Shown here piece by piece: positions 21,804-33,829 of a DNA stretch of 64,000 bases. The position numbers and the translations under genes were made by a program. This stretch comes from Neophaeotheca triangularis (lineage: Eukaryota). Location: positions 124,001-188,000 of the forward strand of contig BAAIJX010000015.1 in assembly GCA_054600435.1 (NCBI GenBank). The letters run 5' to 3'. The notes under the pieces are model-generated. The model was not told where the DNA came from and made no database searches. It was given only the letters and a program-made list of their open reading frames with translations. Numbering within the stretch: the first letter of the stretch is position 1; the number at the start of each line of letters is the position of its first letter.

Positions 21804-22665
21804 ATGTCTCTCCTCTCCACCGCCGCGGGCAACCTGGCTCGCCAGACGGCGCGCCAGCAAACCCTCCCAGCCCTCCGGACGTCCGCCGCCTCGATGCAAA
21901 AGCGCAACAGAGCCGATGCCTCCCTCCCGCAGGCCTCGCAATCTGGCGCCAACTTCAAGAGCCCCTTCACCCGTGGCGGCAAGAACGAGCACAAGGACAC
22001 GACCGCCATCCCGAACTGGGGCAAGTACAAGAAGGGCGGCGAGACCAACAACAAGGTCTTCCAATACTTCATGGTCGGCGCGTTTGGTGGACTGAGTGCT
22101 CTGGGCGCAAAGGATACTGTACAGAGTAGGTCTGCCATGATAGAGAGTCGGGGAGAGAGATACACGCTGGTGTCTACTATGGACACGAGATATGGATATG
22201 GTAAAAGAGAAGAAGCATCATACTAACACAGCGCCCTTCCCAGACTTCCTGGTGAACATGTCCGCATCTGCCGACGTCCTCGCCCAGGCCAAGGTCGAAG
22301 TTGACCTGGCCTCCATCCCCGAAGGCAAGAATGTCATCATCAAGTGGCGCGGCAAGCCCGTCTTCATCCGCCACCGTACCAGCGACGAGATCAAGGAAGC
22401 CGAGGACGCCAAATGGGAATCCCTCCGCGACCCTCAACCGGACAGCGACCGTGTCAAGAAGCCCGAATGGCTCATCATGTTGGGTGTGTGCACCCACTTG
22501 GGCTGTGTGCCGATTGGCGAGGCTGGTGACTTTGGTGGTTGGTTCTGCCCGTGCCACGGTAGCCATTACGACATTTCTGGGAGAATCAGGAAGGGCCCTG
22601 CGCCTTTGAACTTGGAGGTGCCGGAGTACGACTTCCCCGAGGACACCGCTTTGGTTATTGGTTGA
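21804..22665 (+). CDS. RIP1: Cytochrome bc1 Rieske iron-sulfur subunit; intron 22126-22243
   Basis: [53 protein letters not shown]...CTAAC...CAG intron. Confidence 0.98.
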
Positions 22666-22864
22666 GCGCGTTTTACTTTTTGGGGAGCTGAAGCGGGAGA
22701 CGTGGGAGATAGAGGGAGTATCGTCCAAGGACGAGTGCTGCATTGTACAGTTACACTTTTCTTGCTCTAGCGTGTACACCTTCGATCAAGAAAGCCATTG
22801 CTGTCGACAATAGGCTATTGAGCCCAATTCATGATTCATGCACACGTTTACTTTACTCCGGCCT

Positions 22865-23822
22865 CTAGGCTGCTTCTGTGCCACTTCCCAAGTACTCTCC
22901 CACAGCCTTGACAGAATCCTTAAACTTTCCACCCTCAATCAACATAGCCAAACCTTGCGGCCTAACACCAGCCTCCTGAAAAGCCCTCTTAGCATCACTC
23001 GCCCCATCCTCCCCTTGCTTCTGATATTCGAAAGCCCAACTCGTCAGCGCGTTCCGTTTCAAAACCTCATCCTCGGCATGGAAGTAAAAAGTCTCGGCAT
23101 CCTTCTTCGCGGCAGCCTTCTTGGCCTTCTTCCCGGGCCGATCCTCCTCAGCATCCAGCTTGGAATCGACTTCAGTGTAAGTCTTGCTGACGATGAGGTA
23201 GTGCGAGAACTGGTAGGGTTCTTTCTCCTCCAGCGCCCAGTCCATTTCCTCGAGCAGCATGTTGTACATGGGCGGCACGAGCTGGGCGGGCATATTGATG
23301 AAACGCTCGGTCAGAATGAGTCCCACCTGGGCTTCGCTCTGAGGATCCAGGAGCGTTTTGAGCTGGTCGTGCTGCTGCTGGGAGACTGTGGCGGAGCGTG
23401 AGAGGAGGTACTTGGTGAGTTCCTGGATCACGGCTTTCTCGCGGTGTTGGTGCATGTTGAGGACTGTAAGGAAGGCGAAGGGATCGCTCTCGTTGCCTTC
23501 GCACTTGACGGTGGAGCCAAGTAGAGGCTGGGCGAGGATCATGTCCGAGAGCTCGGAGAGGTCGAAGAGGTCATTGTCCACGTCGAAAAGTTGACGGAGG
23601 AGGGTTTTGAGGCCATGGAAGTCGACGTCGGGTTGAGGGTCGAAGAATTCAAAGTCCACGTTCAGTATTGAGTCGTTCTGAGCAAATGTGTCAGTGGATA
23701 AGGGTCTTTAGATGTTGGGATCTGATTATTCCTACGTCGTCTGAGCCACTGTCCTCTCCGTCTATGTCCATCTTATCCTTGCTCGCAGTTTGGTCTTTGT
23801 CGGTTGCTTTTCGCTTGCCCAT
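22865..23822 (-). CDS. BCP1: Bcp1/BCCIP, 60S biogenesis and Mss4 export factor; intron 23735-23678
   Basis: MGKRKA...; NVDFEFFDPQPDVDFHGLKTLLRQLF, GSTVK, ILTERFINMP, FYFHAEDE. Confidence 0.93.
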
Positions 23823-24167
23823 GGTGGCGGCTGTGATGTGTGTTGGTGGTGAAGGTCTGCACGGCTATTTCGAGTTTGGGCTGAAGTGTGACTTGGTATC
23901 AGTGAAGCTAACGCGGGATTGGAAGCACTGAAGGGGGATTATTGAAGTTTTCTTGAGGGTTTTGTATGCCTTGGACGACTCCCCGCCCGACTCTGCACAC
24001 TGCACTGCACTTTTACGTCGAGATCTACGCAAACTTTAGACTTTGACGCTAATGCAGGTGCTATCGATAAGCCAGAAATGTCCCTCCAAAAATCCTCGAG
24101 TCGCGAAAGAAACAACAGTCACTCGTCGTTGACATCGCGGTCCTTTAGTGAACAACGACAAACAAAT

Positions 24168-25883
24168 ATGGCCACATCCAATGGCACCACCAATGGCGAC
24201 CTGCCCCCAGAGCCTCATAAAATCTTTGATACTATCCTGGTCCTCGACTTCGGATCGCAATATACTCATCTCATCACGCGCCGACTTCGCGAGCTCAATG
24301 TCTACTCTGAGATGCTGCCATGCACCCAGAAACTGGCCGACCTAGCATGGAAACCTGTTGGCGTCATTCTTTCCGGCGGACCGTACTCTGTATATGCAGA
24401 GGATGCACCGCATGTAGACCCAGAAGTCTTCAAGCTCGACGTACCCATTCTGGGCATCTGCTACGGATTGCAAGAGATCGCTTGGCACCACGGCAGGAAC
24501 GTTCTGGCAGGAGAGAAGAGAGAGTACGGGCATGCTGGTCTGAAGATTCAGAGGCATGGCGGGAAGGAAGCGCATGTGGACCGCCTGTTCGAGGGCCTCG
24601 AGGACGACATGGAGGTATGGATGTCTCACGGAGACAAGCTGTCTCACTTGCCCGAGAACTTCGTCACCGTCGCAACCACGAGCAACTCATCCTTTGCTGG
24701 TATCGCGAGCCTGGAGAAGGAATACTATGGGATCCAATTCCATCCAGAAGTCACGCATACGCCAAAGGGCACGCAGGTGATCAAGAACTTCGCCGTCGAC
24801 ATTTGCAAGGCTAGGCAGGACTGGAGCATGGAGGCATTCGTGGACAAGGAAATTGCCAGGATACGAGCTCTCGTCGGCGAAAAGGGACAAGTCATTGGTG
24901 CAGTCAGTGGTGGTGTCGACTCCACCGTCAGCGCGAAGCTCATGCACGAAGCAATCGGAACCCGCTTCCACGCTGTCATGGTCGACAACGGCGTCCTCCG
25001 ACAAGGCGAGGCGAAGCAAGTCCATGAAACCCTCACCAAAGGCCTCGGCATCAACCTCACCGTCATTGACGCGAGCAAACGCTTCCTAGACCTCCTCGAA
25101 GGCGTCGATGACCCGGAGAAGAAGCGCAAAATCATCGGCAACACCTTCATCAGCATTTTCCAAGAGACAGCCAAATCTATCGCCGAAGCCGCCGAGAAAA
25201 CCGACAACGCCGGCCCCATCGAATGGCTGCTTCAAGGAACTCTCTACCCGGACGTAATCGAAAGCATCTCCTTCAAGGGCCCCTCGGCCACGATCAAAAC
25301 CCACCATAACGTCGGCGGTCTCCCGGCGACGATGAACCTCAAACTTATCGAACCCCTGCGCGAGCTCTTCAAAGACGAAGCCCGCGCCCTCGGCACCAAC
25401 CTCGGAATCTCCGAGGAGCTCGTTTGGCGCCACCCCTTCCCCGGTCCCGGCATAGCCATCCGCATCATCGGCGCCGTCACCGCGGAAAAAGTACGCATCG
25501 TGCAGCAAGCGGACAAGATTTTCATCGAGGAGATCCGCGCCGCGGGCCTATACCGCCAAATCAGCCAGGCTTTCGCAGCGCTCATGGATGGCAAAGCTGT
25601 TGGTGTTGTGGGCGACCAGAGATTGCACGGGTACATTGTCGCTTTGAGAGCGGTTTCGACGACGGATTTCATGACGGCGGATGCTTTTGAGTTTGAGAGT
25701 GCGTTTTTGAAGAAGGTAAAGAATAGGATTGGCAACGAGGTGCAGGGTGTTGCTAGGGTGCTTTATGAGAGTGAGTTGACCTTCCCCTACTCACAAAGAA
25801 TCTCGTTGGAAAAATTGCAAGCACTGACAACCGATTCTTGAACAGTTACGAGCAAGCCCCCGGCTACGATTGAGTTTGAGTAG
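24168..25883 (+). CDS. GUA1: GMP synthase (glutamine-hydrolysing); intron 25771-25845
   Basis: [59 protein letters not shown]; the last exon restores [12 protein letters not shown]. Confidence 0.97.
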
Positions 25884-26353
25884 AAGGTTGCGGTAGCATA
25901 TCATTAGAGGATACGATGGCGTTTTTGGGGCAAAATGTCAAGAGGCTCCCTCCGCGTTGATAGACGAGCATTACGAGTGAAACCCGCCAAGATGCTGCTA
26001 ATGGATAGATGCGTAAAGCTATGATACCCATTGCAATGGCTGGCCCTTGAAGCATCCGGTAGCTATCGGGTCTTGTGCTGCTTCTGAGATTGAGATCACG
26101 ATGTAGTACGGCTTGGAGAAGGTAGGTCGAATGCCTGAGTCAAGTAAGAGGAAATCTGGAGATTCTACCGGTAACGTGAGTGTCTTTGCAGTAGTGGTAC
26201 AAATTCATGATATACGTCCATTCCCAGCGAGCGCAAAACCGCCCCGAAACTCCCTGATCGCCGGAATACCAGTGATCGATACGTACCCGTTCCCTATCCA
26301 GCCAACCAACACCCGCTAAAAGCCATCAAAGAACAAAACGCAGTGTGGATTGC

Positions 26354-27265
26354 TCACGTCTCAACAAACCGCGAGCTCATGAGCTCGTCCACGTGCGCCC
26401 GCTGACTCTTGTGATCTCCCTCATCCATCTGAGTGAGCAAGACGGCCAAAACCTCGATCGGTGGGTTCAGACCGAGCACATTGGCTCTCTTCCACCGCTT
26501 CAGTCGCGCGATACCTATGCAAGGCTGTGGAACGGAATGTCAGTACTTGGTTCGGTAATGAAAAGCTCGATCCGCGTCAGAAGCCCCCAACGAAGGCTCT
26601 GATGCAAAGCATCGTGGCGCAAGCGTTCAAAGTGCAGTAGAGACTTCCATGGCGCTTCTCACACCTCCGCAGCGTCATAGCCATGATAAGGGGCGTTTCA
26701 AGCAGAATCCAGTGTCGCTACTCACCCCATACTGTCCGCTCATATCCCACTCCCTCAGAATCTTCTCACCAACCGTAAGATCCTCCTGATGCACTCGCGG
26801 AGCCAAGCGCGCCTCCTCCTTGACCCGCCAGTACTTCTTGATCTGCGCGTCTTTGACCTTGCGAGCCTCGTTCTCCTCGTCACCTAGCCAGCCGGATCCG
26901 GTACCACCCACTGCGCCCTCGTCGCTAGGTTGCGCGCGGCCGCCGAGGATATCTTCAGTTTTCGTCTGCGCTCCCGTGGCATCCTGCGCGGGCTCTAGTA
27001 GGCTGGCTTCATGGTCGGTCTGGTCTGCGATCGCGGTTTCGGCGGTGGTTTCGTCTTTGATGTCTTCTATCTCTGCCGCTTGAGGGGTTTCGAGCTCGGC
27101 GCGCGCGACGTCTTCGACTAGGGCTGGGTCTTTCTTTGCGGCCTTCTCCTGCTGCGGGGTGCTGGGTTTGGTGACCTTGCTGTTTTTGCCGGCGAATGAG
27201 AGAGTGGATTGTTGCGCCTGTTGGCTTGCGGTGCGCGAGGGCGCATTGCGGCGTTTGGGTGGCAT
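26354..27265 (-). CDS. POLD4: DNA polymerase delta subunit 4 (p12/Cdm1); intron 26725-26525
   Basis: QSTLSF N-terminal motif; spliced LREWDMSGQYG|PCIGIARLKRWKRANVLGLNPPIEV is the p12 signature. Confidence 0.92.
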
Positions 27266-27450
27266 AGCTGTTGTGTGATTGATCCTTGGTATGCTGGAGT
27301 ATATGCTATGCAAGTGTATGCGATTTGCGACTGGAAGTGAAGTAGATTGCCAGTGATGTAAGTGACGGGGCCCGGGTCGGGTTTCAATGCGATTCATTGA
27401 AGTCCGCTTGGCGGCACGCGGGTATGCCCGTGCTGGGTGACGGCATCACG

Positions 27451-27482
27451 GTTGCCTAGGCAACACGCGTTGACCAACGCGT
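27451..27482. promoter_or_regulatory. RFX X-box palindrome directly followed by two MCB elements
   Basis: GTTGCCTAGGCAAC (27451-64), ACGCGT (27465-70) and ACGCGT (27477-82), about 190 bp upstream of the Pol delta p12 ATG. Confidence 0.65.
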
Positions 27483-28119
27483 CTGACGGGAGCACTTTCA
27501 TTGTTCAAGTTTCCTGCGCTCGCTGAGCTTCAACCTCACCTCTCAACTCAATCTATACCACCATCACCACCTCCAACATGGTCAAGAGTTACGGTTCCAT
27601 GCATTGCAACCGACAGTAAGGTCTTCCCAACTCACATTGAGTGTCTCGCCCCAACGCCTGCGGTTCCTTTGAGTCCAACACCCAGAGCCATATCTGCCTT
27701 CCAGTGCCATTTCGGCTTTTAACAACTAAGGGACCCAGAGCTCAACATCTGGCCTGTCATCTTACGCCATAGGATTTTGTAACATCCTCGCTGCGTGTTC
27801 AACAACTGTACCTTCTGTCTTAACGGGACATCGAGCGGCACGCTTGGAAAACGTACGGTTGGGCTCCCACTGCTTTTTCTACGCTGCGATCTGACCAATG
27901 ATCAGAGGCCATTAGAACCCGCAACAATGCAATCAATCACTGCGCCCAAAGGCCAGGCCTCGGAGGTCGAGGGAGGCTCCGACCTCTTGCTTGGCATACC
28001 CGCTGATTGGCTGACGATTTCTTCCACGACATTTTGCTAGCTGCAGAGTATCCATACTATGTACTCGCTTTTGACGCTGTGTATGCTGCTCATCTCAATG
28101 CCTTCCCTCATCCTCTTAT

Positions 28120-29518
<1,399 letters not shown>

Positions 29519-30013
29519 GTTGGTTTGTGTTGAATAACGGTGTATGAGTGATACGCCTCGGGCAACTATGCAGAAGCAAGTGTACCTCGTAAAGGTTTAT
29601 ATGCAATGCAGGCACGTCACTTGTATAGGTGCAGGGCAACCTTGGAAGTCGTCAGTCGTCCGAAGTGGAGGGCCGATGGTGGTGGTGTCGACAGGAAGTA
29701 TGTTCAGCACATGGTGGGGTTCAAGGTGTTGGAGGTGGCATGGATTCAGGGACCAAGTGGCAGCCGGCGAGTCGGGCTGTTTCTTCCAAGTCTGCGTGAA
29801 CGAGCCGCGCCGTGCGAGCCGCGACAGGTGCTACAGAAAGGATCGGCATGTGGACGGCCTCCTCCAACATTCCCGACGATTATCTCAGAATACCTCATGG
29901 CGAACCAACCTGAAATGCCCGGGCGATTGAAATCAATACGGCTTCAATAATAATAGATCAAGTCGGACGACGAGTGATTTTGAGTACGACGGTTACGATA
30001 CTAATGGCATGTC

Positions 30014-31610
30014 TCACTCTCCCTCTTTCCGCTCACTCTGCAGTATTCGCAAAGAGGGGCCCACTAGATGTTGACTCCCAGTAATCAACGTCTGCACACC
30101 AGCCCCTCCACTCCCCAGTTCCCTCGCAAGGTCAATTGCCCCCTGGATTGTTGGCTCATCGCGAACTTGCGTCCCGGGATGTATAACGCTCCATACATCG
30201 TGAAAGAGTTCGGGACTTTTGCCGCTCTCTGGCGCTCGTCTCTCCGAGGACTCATCGTAAGTGCTAAAGATGACGTGCGTGATTCCTGCCTCGTGGTCTT
30301 TGAGGGCACTTGCCAGGTTTTCAAGTAGAGCGGCTGTATCGCGGAGCTCGTTGATATGGCTGAAGATCAAGACTTTCGCCGGAGGGCTTTCGTCAAGGTG
30401 GGATGTGGTCGTCGCCTCGGCAAACCACTGCGCTGCTAAGCCAACGCTCATATCATTGTGCGCTGCGTCGAGATACCAAGTCCGGCTGCCGTCTTGGATT
30501 GTCTGAAAGCGTCCGGGCCAGAGCCACTGCTTCACGCCTGATTGAATGTCTTCTCCTGTGAGATTGCTTTCCATGCCTGACGAAGTAGCGTCCAAGAACG
30601 CTTGTGCGGTAGCCACAGCGAGCGATGCATTCTTTCGCTGCACGCTGACTTGTAGCTGCAACGCATCCTGCGGTAAGCGATCGTCTTCGCCCACAAAGGC
30701 CACTACTTCCCCTTTCTCCGCTGCACGTTTCCTCAAAACTGCAGTTGGAGCAGCTCCTTGGGTCGTAGATAGAGCAATAGCCCCTGGTTTGTAAATGCCA
30801 GCCTTGTGCCATGCAATATTTTCAATTGTCGGACCAAGCATGTCGATATGATCCATTCCCAGAGTAGTGATAGCAGTGACCAGAGGCTTCTCGACGACAT
30901 TCGTGGCATCGTACTCTCCTCCGTTGTGAGTCTCTAAGATCGCAGCATCCACGCCTTCGCGTATGAACACGTGGAAAGCGAACAGAGCCCAAAGCTGTAG
31001 GTAACGGGGACCTCTGTCTATCACGCCCTTGGTCGGATCGTATTCAGCCTTTAGTTGAGGAAGTGCTTCGTACATTTCGAAGAAGTATTTGGCGATAAGG
31101 TCGCGATCCAGTGGCCTACCATCAATGCGAATGCGCTCTTCCGGCACCAGTAAATGCGGCGAAGTGTAAAGGCCAGTCTTTCGCGGATAGCCTGTGCGAG
31201 CACCATGTGCTCGGAGAAAGGACTCTGTAAAGGCACAAGTACTGCCCTTTCCTTTTGTGCCAGCAACGTGAATTACATTGAGAGCATTGATATCTTTTGT
31301 CTTAACACCTCAACGTCAGCAAAAAGATAGTACTTTCTATAACACCTGCTAGGATCGACGCTACTCACCGTGTACCCCAGCATGTGCAACCAGTCCACCA
31401 TGCCTACTATACTCGGAGAACCTCTGAGGCCTGGAGTTACATTCGAGTCTGGCATTGGCTTCTGAGGTCCAGTGCTCGAGGCGCTGGTCTTCGGCCTCAC
31501 CTGTCGCCTGCGAGAGTCCATTATCTCCATCGCATGCTACTTACCGTTAGCTCTTTCGATCGCGACGACACTCTTTGCTAAACTCTTCTTACCTGATAAC
31601 TTCGATCCAT
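30014..31610 (-). CDS. Folylpolyglutamate synthase (FolC/Met7 family); introns 31592-31537, 31368-31301
   Basis: MDRSYQ|HAMEIMDSRRR; NVIHVAGTKGKGSTC, GLYTSPHL, GGEYDATN, LGMDHIDMLG, IAWHKAGIYK, WPGRFQ, YLDAAHN, LITGSQHLVG. Confidence 0.92.
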
Positions 31611-33829
31611 GGCTACGGAGTAGGCTTTCCTGCCAGTGTATCGGCAATCCTTCGCGTTTCCTGGGCTGCTCCCACCGCAGAAATACTGCCCGACAGCACG
31701 AGATTGGCAAAACAATACTCTAGTGCTGATCGATATGATTTCGGCTTGTCGTCTACCAGCATCTCGCGAAGTTCGCACACGTGGTGCGCAGCCGAACACT
31801 CTGGCAACATTCATGCCATCATCTTTGCGCCCTCTGGTCCAACAGAACGATCTTACTGCCGGACTTATTGCGGACGAGAGCTTTCTCCTTGGAAATGTCT
31901 ATCATCAATGTCGGATCTTGCCTGGAGAGATGAGACAAGACGTTCTGAACCATACCTACGTAGGTAAGGTAAAGTACCTACCGGTGGGCCACGAGAGTGC
32001 TTAGTAAGCGTCCCACACACGCTGGAACGTTTTGAGACATCCGAACGACATCAGATCACGCCTTTGCCCTATCACTCTCCTCAGGGCCACACGGATTACT
32101 TTGCGCGCAAGTGGCATCGTTATTATACCTAAGCACCTGGATACGTCGTACATATATCCCGGCGCCGTCGGGTTGGCTCTCCTGAACACCATCATGCTAG
32201 CCCAACCGGTGCACGGCCGCCACCCCCATGATTGCGACATTGAGCACCGCGACCTGGTATACCTAGGTAGGCAGTCGATCCGGCCTTACCGAGAAACATC
32301 ATCTGATGGGTCGAAGCGCATTGCTCGTTTCCCTCATCCACATATCTGGGCAGTGCGGCTGCTTAGAGCTTGTCCGGCTTTGATTGAACCGTGCTCCGAA
32401 GGACACGATCCTTTTGTGCAAATGACGAAGGACACGACGACGGCTACGAACTGCCCAAATACATTGCGAGAGCAATAGCATTGCTAAAATCTCCAGCCAG
32501 CCGGCAAACGTGTTGCCAGACAGCGCGGAACCGCTAGAGGGTCTCGCGCTCCGCAGCGATCAAATTCGGTTCCAGTAGTTTCCCCAGATCCAACTACTGG
32601 CTGAAGAACGGGTTCATCTATCGCCACGTCTGGAGACACGACTGCCGACTGACTTCTTCCGGCCGAATGCGACTTTGCCCTGTGGCTTGAAGCAAAGTTC
32701 AGGCAGAGTCCCCTCTTCGCTTGCGTTCCCCTGGGGCATAACATTCGCTTGCCTCTCACAGCAATGCCCTCACAGAATTGGCGATCGCTCCTCAAAGCTG
32801 GCTAAGCATCGTCCGCGCGGAGTGATCTGGGTCCAAGCGCATGACAACGAATTATCACACCATATAAACACGGTAAGTCGGAGAGTCCTGGCATCGTTAC
32901 CGGGCTCCATCATCTCTCGAAGTGTCGGTATCGTCACTCTTCCGGACGCAGTCCTCTGGCAACGGGAATCAAGTCTACGGAAAGGTTTTCTTCCAAGGGA
33001 ACACTCTGCAATTTTGAATGGTAAGCCGGAAATGCTAGCTATGAGTGTCAGATGAAGTATCGTTCTATCTCTTGGCTTCAAGTTCCTTGCCTCAGTGGAC
33101 CGACGGCCATCACTTGGGTGAGAGCAAGTGATCTTTGGGCGGCTTGTCCCTTTCCCTTCACACAAGATTGACCAGGGTCGCTGGGAAGCTGACGGCGAAA
33201 ACTAACGTTGCTGAGTTCCAACTCCAGGACTGTTACCGCTGTGGAGTGACGAGCCCACATCAATGCAGCAGAACACATAGCAAGCCAGAGCCCTGGTAGT
33301 GACCGACTACGCCCAATCTACAGCCTCAGACTCGATTTCACCGCCGGTACCCTGGCGTTACGCATTCGATTGCAAACCGATAATAGTACCATCGTCGGCC
33401 AAAAGGCTCCAAACATGCAATTGCGCATTACGATGCTTTCGCCGCCTTCACTCCAAGTCGATACCATAGTCGACTGCCAAGACTTGGAGTGAAGCTGTGC
33501 CAAGCGAATTTATGTTCAGGTATGGCGGAAGTAGCCGCGCGCTAGTGCGAATCCGCAAACATTACCTCTCTCGGCTGTCGACAATAACAACCTAACCTAT
33601 TGTCCGGAATGTGAGAACAAAGCAGCAACCAGAACCACAGCCACCACCGTCGCTCACGCCCATCGCTCTTCTTCTTTCCATTGCTCTCCGTGAAGAAACG
33701 TCAAAATCGGCCGGAACCAGCTCTTTTCGACAGCTCACTTTCGAAACCGAAACCTCACCACACGCGAGGACGTAAACGACTTCCTCGAAAGCATCCCAAA
33801 TCCGGCGCTGAGGCGCAACAGCCGTCCAA

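Noticed and set aside
32000..33600. Overlapping short ORFs between FPGS and the SUN gene
   Set aside because: No recognisable motifs or consistent splice model; treated as intergenic.
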